From NCBI GenBank assembly GCA_001179505.1, contig CDMY01000253.1, positions 83,966 to 147,965 of the forward strand: a DNA stretch of 64,000 nucleotides, written 5' to 3'. The notes under the pieces are model-generated. The model searched no databases and had not been told where the DNA came from. It saw only the letters and a program-made list of their open reading frames with translations. The DNA comes from Vitrella brassicaformis CCMP3155 (Eukaryota > Protista > Chromerida). Shown piece after piece: positions 48,822-61,234 of this stretch (within the stretch, counting starts at the first letter, position 1; every line of letters begins with the position of its first letter). Made by a program: the position numbers and the translations under genes.

Positions 48822-50414
48822 TTAGTTGTGTGTGTGTCCCTCCCGGCACCAGCCGCAGCACATGCCCTCCGGGAAGAGGAACGACCACACCTTGCCCCAG
48901 AAGCCCGTCTGCTGCTGGGTCCCTCCCTGCGTGCCGTCCTCGGTCGTCGGCTCGCTGCCCGTCTCGGTGTCCTCCTTCTGCAGACGCTGGTCCTCGCCAG
49001 ACACAAACACACTCTCTGCACACACACATACACATGCCGCATCGTCTCGCACTTCCATCTCGTGTGTGACGACATAGAAGGCCACTCACCTTTCGAAACG
49101 GTGGGCAGGTTGGGCGTCTTGGTGCTTACGCAGTGCAGCGGGCGAGCCGACAGACGGCGGGAGGCACGCTTGGTGCGTCCCTCGGTGGTGGCGGTGGCCG
49201 AGCCGACGGTGAAAACGCCCGCACCGTTGCCCGCCGCCTGGTGGTCCGATGGCTGGTCGTCGAAACGCAGAGGTGGCAACTCTGCACACACAAGGGAGAG
49301 AGGAGAGGGAACGGATCTGCAGAGTGAGAAGGTGTTTCTGTTAGGCAGTGCCACTGACCGATGGTGTGTTCTGTGCCTTTGGACGCCTTGGCGGGGCGGA
49401 AGGCATACCCCATACCCAGCTTTATCAGGCTCTTATCTTGCTCCGTCATCAGCCAATCCTTCTCCTCAGACCCCTCCCCCTCTCCCTCGTTAGGACTCCC
49501 GTACAACGACATCTTCTCGAACATGCCACCGTAGAGCTGTTGGAGCCAACACACAGACACACCACATTCACACACATACGCACACGACACACGCGTCACG
49601 TCCAGATCGGTGTCTGCCCACCTGGTGCTCCTTGGCCTTCTGCTGCTGCATGCGGTGGGCCAGGAGGGCCATCTCGGCGTCGGCCTCCTTGCCGTAGCTC
49701 TCGTGTGACGCCTTCAGCTTGCGCAGGTCGGCCACGGCGCCATCGAAGTCGCCAGACAGCCGACGGGCGCACGCGCGACGCAACAACGCCTGCAGACACA
49801 TTCACACACACACACACACATATGAATGAATGCATTCATCTCTCGTTGTGCTGTGGTCACCTTCGGGTGTGTATCATCGTGGGCCAGCAGCAGGTCGGTG
49901 TAGGTGAGGGCCTCGTCCAGCAAGTCGGCCTTGAGGCTGGCCAGGGCCGAGTTGCTCCACACGCTCATGGTGAGCTGCTGCACCTCCTCGGTGTGGGCCA
50001 TCCACGACTTCATGTCGACGGACTTGACCGACTCGAGTGCCTCCATGGCCTTCTTGTACTCCGTCAGCGCCGCCTTGGGGGCCTTCTTGGCCATCAGGTT
50101 GTTGCCCTCGGCCTTGTGGGCCCTGGCACTGAAGAACGAAAGGCACACAGACCGGTGGAATGGGATGGTGCAGTGCCTCATTTGTCGTTGTAGCGTACGC
50201 TGCCAGGTGGCTCCCCATCAAATCCGATGCGCCGGAACTTATGATGCCATCACCACCTGATAACGCATACGCAAGCGCAAAGGCATCCCATTGCAAACCC
50301 ATGGACGAGCATCACGGACGTACAGTGCAGTCATCCCCTCTCACCATGCCCAGTGGCCCTCCCCGCATCTTTGGTGCCAGTGGCACCTCCCGCGTACTCG
50401 TCACGGTCCGCCAT
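48822..50414 (-). CDS. Tetratricopeptide repeat (TPR) protein, FKBP/Hsp90 co-chaperone-like three-TPR clamp
   Basis: ARAHKAEGNNLM...ALTEYKKAMEAL, VWSNSALASLKADLLDEALTYTDLLLAHDDTHPK|ALLRRACARRLSGDFDGAVADL, followed by a QLYGGMF tail typical of FKBP-type TPR regions. Confidence 0.8.
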
Positions 50415-50815
50415 GGCGGCGCAAGGTCTCGCACTCGCTCGACGAAGGGACAAGGGATCGGCAAGGACGGCTGGCGCAGACTTCAATGAACGTTATCAAA
50501 AGCGATACAGTCAGCAACTCAACGGCCTCGAGAGAGCATCAGCTGCCTTTTTCGAGACCGGTTCGTCCCTGCGAGCTTACACATCGGTTTCACGTTTGCC
50601 CTCTTCCGAAGCGAAAGTCAATGGTGAACGAGCGCTAACACAAGAGAGACCGCGGGGTAACAGAAGGATGGCCGTAACGGAAGGATCCCTTCGGCCTTCA
50701 CCTGCTTCTGCCCCAGCGCCTCCACATCCTCCTTGCCTTCGTTCGTTCCCTCTCTGCGCATCTTTCCATCCATCGATTCGCCTCCATTTCGCCTCCTCGA
50801 TCACTCACGACGACA

Positions 50816-51421
50816 ATGGTGCGTGTGCTTGGGCTGCTCGTCCTCCTTGCCCTCGCTGGCATCGCGCATTGCCAGCTCCGCAAACTGGCGCCTGCAGGTG
50901 GGTGGGTGGGTGAGGTGTGTGCACGACCTGAGACATTCGTTCTCGTTCACATTGCTTGTCTCTTCCTTCGCTCTGCAGAGGAGGCGGAGGAGTACATCCC
51001 TGCGCCGACTGTCGTCGGTGTGGTGACCGGCAAGCCCACGGAGCTTCTCAAGGCGGTGGCGGAGCTGTATCTCCAAGCTGAGAACCTCAAGAATGAGCCT
51101 GGCAGCCTGACAGAGCAGCAGCAAGTCTTTGGTGAGGGGCTGGCCGCGAGAATCGACAATGGCGAGGACATCAGCGAGCTGATGGCGAGCAGCGGGCTGG
51201 AGAAGACGGTGTACCATGTCACCGATGACATCACACACACTGTCTATAAGGCCAAGGACATACCCGCATCCACGACCCAGCACGGTAAGCAATGCACCGA
51301 CAACGCATGCTTTGCTTTCTCAGCCTTTCTTCTTGATCCTTATTTGTCAGATGAGCTACCCGTAGCAAGGCCCTGTGGATTTGTTTGCCGGCGTTGGTAC
51401 TGCTACTTCGGGTGCTGGTAG
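50816..51421 (+). CDS. Small secreted prepropeptide (about 152 aa, 3 exons) with a C-terminal four-Cys cationic/aromatic peptide
   Basis: Exons 50816-50897, 50979-51284 and 51351-51421 (GT-AG introns of 81 and 66 nt). Product: MVRVLGLLVLLALAGIAHC-QLRKLAPAEEAEE...acidic region...DELPVARPCGFVCRRWYCYFGCW*. Confidence 0.75.
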   Translation: MVRVLGLLVLLALAGIAHCQLRKLAPAGGWVGEVCARPETFVLVHIACLFLRSAEEAEEYIPAPTVVGVVTGKPTELLKAVAELYLQAENLKNEPGSLTEQQQVFGEGLAARIDNGEDISELMASSGLEKTVYHVTDDITHTVYKAKDIPASTTQHGKQCTDNACFAFSAFLLDPYLSDELPVARPCGFVCRRWYCYFGCW

Positions 51422-52677
51422 ACGACTGTGCCGTGCATGCCGCCTCTATCGTGGCAGCACGATGAATTCGTGAGATCTGCTCTGTCCCTGTGAACTATGA
51501 ACCACCCGCTCTTCTCCTCGTCTGATATGGTATGGTCTGGTCTTGTGTATTTGTGGTATGCTGTTCATGTGGAGATTAGGCGAGTGGCACAGATCGTGTG
51601 GGTCATCTCTTCTGTTTGTCTTAATTCACCAGCTTTTCTTTTCGTCAGGTGTGTCATGGTTCCACGTATTCGTGATGGTTTGCATGGCTGGACTGTATGT
51701 ATTTTTCGTCGCATCGAGTGTCATGCTCGCTGCGGACACGTGTCGCTGTTTGTCGGTTCATTTTCCTAGTGTGTGTGTGTCCGTCTCTTCCTTCATACAT
51801 ATGGACCATGCACATGGAAGGCAGAGAGATCTGCCCATCTGGACACATACCTGTTATTCGTGGAAAAGAAGCGACGCGTATAGGGCATGCACTGCACGTG
51901 GACAGACGGGGGGAGACAGGCAGGCAGAGTGCACACATGCATCATGTAGACACATCTATCTGTTATGTATCTGTGTGTCGTTAGTGTGTCGTGTTAGTGT
52001 GGCGCGTGTGTCGGCACCTCTGTCAGTGTCACTCTAAATGGAGTGAGACAGTGGTCGGGTGGCTGACGTCGGGTGCACACGTGACTGCATACATGTTTCA
52101 TGTCATGGCGGTGCATGGGAGGGATAGGGACACGCCACATGGGATGGATGAGACCGCTCAACACATCATGAATCGTAGAAGGAGCAGTGCAGTGTGTGTC
52201 ATCATGAGATTCAGCTGAGCATCACCACTCCCCTATCCTTGACCGCCTCTCTCTGTCTCTTTCGCCACATTGTTGTCGGCTTTCATCCGACCTATAGGGA
52301 GCAACGCAATGAACGAACGCATCAACCCCTCCACACACAACACAAGTGACGAATAACTGCAAGAACGCCTGACAGCAGCAGGCTTTTCGACACTCAAGTG
52401 GGTGGCCGCGGGATACTCAATTGGCATTCATTTCACCCTCCATGTGATGTGATGAGTCCATCCATTATTCATAGCACTGTGGCTCTGGTGCAACCAAAAC
52501 TCAAAAGATGCCAGCCAATGCACTCACGACTGAGAGGCGGCCCTCACCATAAAGGGACCTGCCCCCACACACTCGTCCGTCCGTCTCTCATTTCCTCTTA
52601 TCATCTCAGCGCAATGCACTCGATCGCGTTGCTCACACACAGCCGCCTCTCTCTGTCTCTCTCGAATCGGTTGTGCC

Positions 52678-54077
52678 TCACGCGAATTTCCAGTAGATGA
52701 TGAATATGATAGCCAGCACACACACCCCGATGATCGAATACAGCAAGATCTTGTTCGCCACCACACGCCGACCCTGACTCACGCGACACAGACAAGTACG
52801 ATGGATGGACCGGTGTCTGTCTGTCTGTGTGTCTGTCTGTCTGTCTGTGTGTATGTATGTGGCTGTCTGACTGACCATGTTTGCGATGGTTCTTCTCGCC
52901 CAATCCAGGTTGTAGCTCACGTCAGACAACTACACACACACAGAGAGGATTGATCACCTCACCCCGCCCATAGCATCCATCCATCCATCCTTGCTTACGT
53001 TATGTCTGGTCCTGAGTATGGTTTCCCTCTGTGACCTCAGGTCCCCCAGTATCTCCCCACCGATCTGCTCGGTCTCCAGCGCCAAACGACGCGACTCCTG
53101 AGTGAGTGAGGCATGAACCGAACCGTCACACACACAGAGATGGCACCCACCATACGATGGTGTGCTGGTTGGTGTCCATCCATCTGTGTGTGTACCTCCA
53201 GCTGGTCGACGCCCTGCCTGAGTCCGTTCCGCGCGTCAAGTAACCGCTGACGGTGCTCGTGAGATCCACTACCCACTGACACAAACAAAGACACACACAC
53301 ATGTTTGTTTTCCCGTGTGTGTTTGCCCTGCCCTGCCCTGCCCCCCTGGCCCTCTCTCTCTTACGTACGTCCATTCATCTCGAATGCGCCTCCCCTGCCC
53401 CCTCTCTGCCCCAGCAGTGCCTTTCTCTCGAGGTCTGTCCTCGCATTCTGAAACTCCTGGGAAAGCTCTGTCAGATTCGTACGCCGGCTGGCCATCTGAA
53501 CATTACAGACAGACCAGACAGGCACGCACATGGGCGATGGATGAGTTGAGTTGGTCACTCATGTCATCTGCTGGGGTGTGAGTCACACTTACACTTTCGG
53601 CGATGTGTGGTGCTGTCGACGCCGGCAGGGTGCGGCACTCCATTTCCATCTGCCGCAACTGAACACACCCCAAATCAACACACACACACACACACACACA
53701 CATGGACACACACTTGCCTGAGGGCCAACATGCTGCGCTTGTCCTTTCTTGGCATACGTTCTGTTCTGCCTGTTGGATGAATTTCTGGCAGTCTGCGATG
53801 GCCTGCCGGAGGTCTGACGTCGAATCTGGTGCATACAGACACACACAATCGGCAACAGACAGAGGAGTCGATGGCACACATGGGGCCGTGTTTGTGCGGT
53901 CCCCCGGCCTTCAAGTTGACCTTCGTAGTTGTTGAGGATCTTGAGTTTGCCCTCCACCTCCACTATAAGACGGTCTGACAAGACAACCATGGACACACAC
54001 AAGCCATTCTTCCTTCCCCCGTCGCCCTTTTTGTTTTCACCGAAGTCTTCTTGGTACGTCGAGAAGAGATCTGACAT
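52678..54077 (-). CDS. VTI1: Qb-SNARE VTI1 (vesicle transport through interaction with t-SNAREs)
   Basis: MSDLFSTYQEDF N-terminus, AEQN|LRQMEMECRTLP Habc segment, QRLLDARN SNARE region, LSDVSYNLDWARRTIANM, C-terminal TM NKILLYSIIGVCVLAIIFIIYWKFA*. Confidence 0.88.
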
Positions 54078-54560
54078 GCCGACTGTTGTCATGCCGCACA
54101 CGAGCGATGCGATGCGCAACCCGATGAGCTCAAGAGCCCAGCTCTCCTGTGGACATTCACAAGGCTTTTTGGCACTCACAAAGCCAGGTGCTCTCCAAGG
54201 CAACGTGCTGCGCTAGAAAGGCAACACGGCTGTCCCTCCCTCTTTGCCCTCCTCCGCCAAGTAGCTCGCAACGTCCGATCGCTTTCCGAGAGAAGTTCGT
54301 TTTTTGTGCCTTCGCAGGCTCTCCGGCACGCCCACGGGTGCTGTAGACGCCTCTCCAATTGCCAGCGACCCTTCAGCTGCTCGGCGGCTGCATGCGCATC
54401 ACTCATCAGCCTGTAGATCTCAGATCCAGCACTACCACGAGCGTCGTCGTCCAGCAGAGACCTCCCTCCTACTCGGCGCGCGTCGCCACCAGGACCGCCA
54501 GTTTGTGTGTGATCTGATTCATCTGTCGTGCTGCGGTGAGTGGTGTTGGTTGCTACTGCG

Positions 54561-57500
54561 ATGGACGGGCAGCCGATGGATGTGGACGACACGACTCCCG
54601 GGGGAGCCGCCTCGAAGCGAGTCAAGCTGTACGAGCTGGATGCCGACTCGGGGGCATGGAAGGACAGGGGAACCGGACACGTCATCTGTGACACCTACGG
54701 ACGGGTGAGCTGAGGGAGGTGGTGAGGGGGGTGAAAGCAGACAGACAGACAGCAGCAAGGAAGGAAGGACAGTGAGGGCAGAGAGGCGCACGGGGTGATT
54801 GATTGCATCGAGACGAGTTGGTGCATGTTGCTGTTGCTTTTGTTGATGGCACTGTCGTCATGTGTGTTGTGTGTGTTGTGTGATGGTTCGATCTGTGTGT
54901 GCAGGAGTTTAAGATAACGGTCAAGGGCGAGGAGCAGGGCAACCTCCTACTCAACTCCATCGTCGACGAGTCGCACAACTACACACACCAGAAAGGTGCA
55001 GTGCAGACACACACACGCACACACACACACGCTGTGGACTCAGGATCCTCTCATGGCCCGTACTTGTTCCATGCGTGTGTGTGTGTGTTTGCCTCAGACA
55101 CGATCATCACGTGGCAGGAGCCGAAGCGTACGGGGGGTGCGGACGCCTACCAGGCCCTCTCCTTCCAGCAACCGGCGGGCTGTCACGAAGTCTGGTACGC
55201 GACAGGGGGGGCCAGCATATGGGCGACAGAACGAGTGTGGATGTGGTCGTACTCACTGTGGCTGGCTATGCTGCGTGTGGTGCAGGAGTTTCATCCAGCG
55301 GGCAATCCAGCCCCACTCACACCCAGGTACAGACAGAAAGACATGGTGGAGGCCAGGCCATGGAGCACACTCACGCAGCCAACAGGTAGGTGTCGGTTGT
55401 GAGCTCCTTTCTTCTCCCTCCCAGACGCATCCCACACGGTGCCGTTGAGCGTGTTGCCCCTACCCTCCCTCGACACACTCAACGAGATATGCAACCACCT
55501 CGAGAACGACGTAAGATAAGAACAACGGCCCACTTGCCGACGGACAGTGCACAGAGGGGCGAACACATGCATCTATCTGTGTGTGCCGTGTGTGTGCAGG
55601 TGGCATTCCAGGCCAAGCGCGAGCAGGTCATCGGCGACTGCATGAACGCGGTACACACATGCAGGCCGATAGCATCCTCTATGTAGCTATCGGCCTCTCT
55701 CTCTCTCTCTCTGTGTGTGTGTGTCTGTGTGTAGACGTTTCTGGACAAGCTGTACCGTGTGTTTGAGGACGCCGAGGACCTGGAACTGAGGGACAAGCTC
55801 ACCACTCTGTGGCACATCGTCAAGAAAATGGGTATGCTCGTCCGTCCGACCGCCAGTCCGTCCACAGAACACCCACTCAGAGGCCCCTCCCTGTGTGTGT
55901 CTGTCGGTGTGTATGGTGTCGATCAGTGATGACCTGTTCGAAGGAGTTGATTAACCTGCTGCTCGACGACGAACACTACGAGAAGACCTTCGGCATCCTA
56001 GAACGTACGCACACAGACAGACAGACAGACAAGGGCCACCCACCTCGACACACCACTCACTCCTCTTGTGTGTGCGGTGCGGCTGTGTGTTGCCTTGCCT
56101 CCCTCTCTTCTCTCAGACGACGAGGGCATCCCGGACGACAGGCGCATCCGGCATAGGTCCTACATCAAGGACAACTGCCACCTGGTCGAGGTAGCTAGCC
56201 CAACAAACCACATCACATCACATTACATCACAGGGAGGACACGCACAGACCTACCTAAGTACTGTGCGGATGGATTTGTGTGTGTGTGTGTGTAATGAAT
56301 GTGTGCAGCCGGTGCAGATCGCCGACAACGAGTTCCGGAAGCAAATCCACCTACACTTCAGGCTGTGCTACCTGAAGGTAGGTAGCTATACACACCAAAC
56401 AGCCGAGGGAGGGAGGGGGAGAGAGACCGCTGCCAGGCACACTGATGGACAAATGAGGCGCCGTGTGTGTATGTGTGTATGTGTGTGTGTGTGTGTGTGA
56501 GTGCAGGATGTGGCTTTGGCTCGAGTGCTGGACGACCAGTGCCTGGCCATCATATCCAACGTCAGTCAACCCACACCACACCACACCACACCATCAAGCA
56601 CTACACATCCTCATGTCTGTGTGTCTGTTTGTCTGTGTGTGTGTCAGCTGGCCGGTCAGCAGCAGCTGGATCTGTTGGCGCAGAGCATCGACGACTCAAA
56701 GGGACACCTAGCTGAAATATTCAAGTGAAGGACCGATCAACACACCGAGACACAAAGAAAGAAACCCCGATACGATACGAGGACGGACGTGCCTCTCCCT
56801 GTGTGTGCATCAGGGCGTTGCCAGACAACTACGACGCGTTGCTGTGGATCAACTCGCTGGTGGCCATGTGCCGGCAGATGATGCCCAACGAGAAGAGCCA
56901 GCTGTTCAACGCCCTCAACCAGAGACACATCTTCGAGGCCCTCGAGGAGTACCTCCGCAAGTCGTGCAACGGATACCAACAGTGGGAGCGACTCATGGCG
57001 CTGGAGGCCAAGACCAGGGAGGACCAGCAGAGGGACCACACCGGACAGCCACACCCACTTAGTAGTGGACAGGGGGTGACGGACGGCAACGCCGCAGCGG
57101 GAAGCGCCAAAACCGACGAACAACACAGTAGTGGACAGGTGGGCGAGAGAGAGAGGGAGAGAGGGAGGGAGAGGTCTTGATGGATGTCCTGGAGCAATCT
57201 GCTCCTTTGTTTGGTGCCTCAGATGTCGGTCAACGGTACGCCCCCTGCGGCAGCAGCAGCTGCCGCTGCCGCTGGTGGTGGTGGTGGCGCTTCGTCACCA
57301 CCCATGCCCGTGTCGAAGCTGACGTACGGCGCCGCCCCCCACCCGACGGTTGCGCATGTGCTGCAGCGGCCGTCCACCAATCCTGTGTCGGCCGCTGTGG
57401 AGATCATCCAGGCGGCCGTCACAGCCATGCCCGGACTCTACCGAAACTTCCTCAAACAAAGGTCAGAGGGACGAAGGTTTGCCGATACGGATGCAGTGTG

Positions 57501-60345
57501 ATGTCTTGTGTGTGTGCAGGTCTGCGTCAAGTGGTCAGGCGATGGTGGGCGGCGGCGGTCGTACTTCGATGGAGACCGACACCGACTCGTTCGCCCTCCT
57601 GTGCCGGCTGATGATTGAGAACCAGGACCAGGGCATACAGTCACAGGTAGGGAACTCACAGACAGACAGACAGACAGACAGGTACACACGCAACCAGGGT
57701 GTGTTCTGATGCGGTGCAGCTGGGTGAGGTGCTTCGTCACGTGCTCGACACGTCCAACATGGAGCAGCCCGAGAAGGTACGCAGGTCCCCACCTGCCATG
57801 CCACGTGGCACGTGTCATCAAGCTTGTGTGTATGTGTTGTGTTGCAGGACGACTTCCTGACGTTGTTCTACGAGAAGGGCGTCATGGAGGTCCTCATCGA
57901 GCCCATCCTCAGACCAAAGACGCACTTCCACACACAAAGTCAGTGAGCCGCGCACTCTTAACTGACTGACGCACAGGGAGGGGTACCACCACACACACCA
58001 CCCACACCCACGGTGTTTGTGGCACCAGGTGAGGAGGAGAACTACGTGTTTGCCAAGCAGCAGATCTGCGAGATCCTTGCCTTCATCGTCAAGAAGCACT
58101 CGTAAGTGACAGAGCAACCAACGCAATGACTTGTCATTCGTCGTCATCGTGTGGTGTGGTGTGTGTGGTGTGTGTGTCAGTTACCGCATCAAGTACTACA
58201 TCTTGCGTGTGGATCTGGCCAAGAAGGTGATGCAGCTCGCCAAGGCCAGGGAGAAACACCTCGTACTCGCCGCCATACGATTCATCAGGGCCATCGTAGA
58301 CACCAAGGCAACCAAACCACACAGACGCCAGAACCAAGGAGGGCAAGGAGGAGTGTGTGTGTGTATGTGCGTGTGTGTGGGTGGGTGGGTCAGGATGCGT
58401 TCTACTACCGATATTTCGCCAAGAACGACGTGCTGCGGCCCATGATGGAGCTACTCAGGGTACCTAGACACACACAGACATGTCAGTCAGACGGGACGCG
58501 CACCTGTGTGTTTGTGACGACGTGGTGGTGGTGTCAGGACCAGGGCGGTTTGTCGCGGTTCAGTGGGGGGATGGGCAACCTGCTCGAGTCGGCCATCCTG
58601 GAGCTCTTCAAGTTCATCCACTGCTCCAACCCCCCCATCAAGGAACTCATCACATACCTCGTATGTGCGCACAGACACACACACACACACAGACAGAGAC
58701 CATGTTATGTTGTCGGCACACGGGGATGCCATCCACATGTCATGGGCTGGTGTGTATGTTGGTGGGGTGTGTGTGTGTAGGGGTCTCAATATGAGGACCT
58801 GTTGAAGCAGCTGGCCGACCGCGCCAAGCTGACCGGCAACACCAAGATATACGAGGTGCGGGGCGTGTGTGACGAGAGGAAGAGAACACGGGACGGGCCT
58901 GGTGCTGCATACCCACGTCTGTCTGTCCGTATGTCTGCCTGCACTCACTTTCTGCAGCAACTGTTGATTGACTGGGAGAAGTGCAAGGAGGTCGAGGAGT
59001 TCCCACCCAAGACACACCCGCTGGGGCGCGACACATCAGCCATGGACAGAGACAGCGACTCAATCAGCTCAAGACGACTCGTACGTCACCTACGCACACC
59101 AAACCAAAACAACCATCACACACAAGTTGTTCTGTCATGTTGTCAGGCGCGCGAGGACGAGGAGCAGGACGCTTGGCTGGAGCAGGACGACGAGGACGTC
59201 CAGAGCCCCAACCAGCCCAACATAGAGGGGCCCATCGTGGAGGGCCAACCCGAGCAAGAACCCGAGATCACCACCGGCACAGCAGCAGCCGCAGCTGCCG
59301 CCTCATCCCCGCCCCAGCAGCCACCTTCTGGCGAGTCGGCCGAGGTCATGAATGTGTCGCCTCCATCGCCCTCGCAGAGCATCATGAGGACCGGTATGGG
59401 GCTGGGTGCGGCCAAGAGGGGGCCGCCACAGGTCCCGCCCATGCCACTGCAGCAGCAGCAGCAGCAGCAGAGGCCGGAACGGACCATCGCCGGCAGCAAA
59501 GATGCACTGCGGTACGCACACACATGCTACCAACGAAGGGGGGGCAGAACGCGCCAACAGGTCTATCTAAATGGATGTCGTGTGCTGTGCGTGGTCTGCC
59601 TGCTGTGGGCTCCTCCCTCAGTGCTGCGATGAGTGACTACGACGACGATGATGAGGAGGCCCAGGCCCCCCCGGCCTCTCCCCCCTCCCACCCACAGCCC
59701 CTCTCCACCGCCCCCGAGGGCCCACCCGTCACCTCACCACAGCCACCCGCTGCCGCACCCACACGACTCGAAAACGTATTCGCCACGGGCGGCGGCCCGG
59801 CCGGCAGCCGGTCGCCCATCTCCCGAGGCGCCAGTGCAGTGGCCAGGAGGGGTGCTGGTGTGATAACGATGAAGATCTCCTCCCATCGCAGGATCAGCGG
59901 TGAGGGAGGTCAGGGGCAGCAGCCGGGGGGTACTGCTGGTGCTGGGGGGCTGGCGAATGGTGTGGAGGGGAGGGAGGGGGCCAATGGCAGCGGGCCCATG
60001 GCGCAGGACACCGACCAGAGAGACCAGAGCCAACAGCCACAGGTCAGATAGACAGACGCCAAGAGAGGAGCCAAAACACCACAGCTAAGTGTCCTAAATG
60101 TCCATTGTCTTCTTGTGTGCTGTTGTCGCTTTCAGGCGGTTTCCCCTGGTCTGTCGCTGCCGGCAGGTGCCACAGTAGCCGCCGCCGGCGACGCACCACT
60201 TGCCGCCCAGGAGGACACGTCGATGCACAGCCCTCCCCGCGCAGCCATAGAGGAGGTAGGGGCGGGGCTGCAGGCGGCGGACACCGACCAATCGCAGCCG
60301 CACCACATCAAGAAGAAGCTCCGGCTCGAAGGAGGCAAGGAATGA
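54561..60345 (+). CDS. PPP4R3: Serine/threonine protein phosphatase 4 regulatory subunit 3 (SMEK/Psy2)
   Basis: EVH1-like KRVKLYELDADSGAWKDRGTGHV, DTIITWQEP...ALSFQQPAGCHEVW, FRKQIHLHFRLCYLK|DVALAR, DFLTLFYEKGVM, YRIKYYIL, KHLVLAAIRFIRAIV, NLLESAILELFKFI, and a low-complexity tail ending in NLS-like KKKLRL. Confidence 0.92.
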
Positions 60346-61234
60346 AGGACGCGACAGAAACATGAATGAATGGAATGTACACTACGCGAGCCAGAAACTA
60401 GCGAGGCAGGCCCTGTTCGTTGCTGGCTGACTGACTGGATAGCTTTCTGATAGCAGGCAGGCCAGCCGATGCGCCACCCAAACGGCCGGCGCCTGAAATC
60501 GTGTTGGCCTCGTTGTACAGACGTTACGCAGGAGGACAGGGCGAGGGAGAGAGCCGGGGGCTGCATAAGCGGGTGGGTGCTTCTTTGCTTGCGTGCGCGC
60601 CAGCCAGCCTCTGCTTCTCTGTTTGTCTGTCCGTGGTGTGCACTGGTCCTGTCCTGCTTTTGAAGCATCTCGGTTTAAGTGTATGGTATGCGAGTCCAGC
60701 CAGCCTTCGGTGACCCTTCCTTTCTTGCGGCGTGTGGTGGTAGATGAGAGTGTGCAAACCAGCCAGCCCCGTCCAGGCAGCATGCTGCAGTGTCAGAAGC
60801 GCCTCTGGGATCGTGCAATGTTTCCTGGACAGGACAGGATGGGTGTGTGTTTCTCATCGATCACACAGAGAGAGGTCCGTCTGCCAGCTCACTGTATGTA
60901 CCAGCCCAGCTTTGTGTGGTGCCTTTCTGTCTGTCTGAGGGAGACAGCAAGCAGGCCTGCAGATCTCGCCATTGACATCAGTGAGGGTGTAGGTGCAACC
61001 AAACTCGCTAGAGCAGACTTGGCTGCGTACGCCCTTCATGGAGGATGCCTGGCGAGACGTGCATGCGCTGCGACTCCCATTGCAAGACAATTATCCATCG
61101 AATTCCTCACCCTACTTGAGATATGAATACCCTACGAACCCCCTGCTGCTGAGAGTGGCGGGTTTGACAACCGGCTCAGATCTGCACGCCAGGATGGGCC
61201 GCGGCTCGCAAAAGTTCCTTCTCCCGCTGGAGCA

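Noticed and set aside
58981-60051. Long alternative-frame and antisense ORFs (e.g. 58981-60051, 49348-50193, 25297-26154, 9492-10322)
   Set aside because: They are shadows of GC-rich coding exons or run through (GT)n introns. They are low-complexity and have no motifs.
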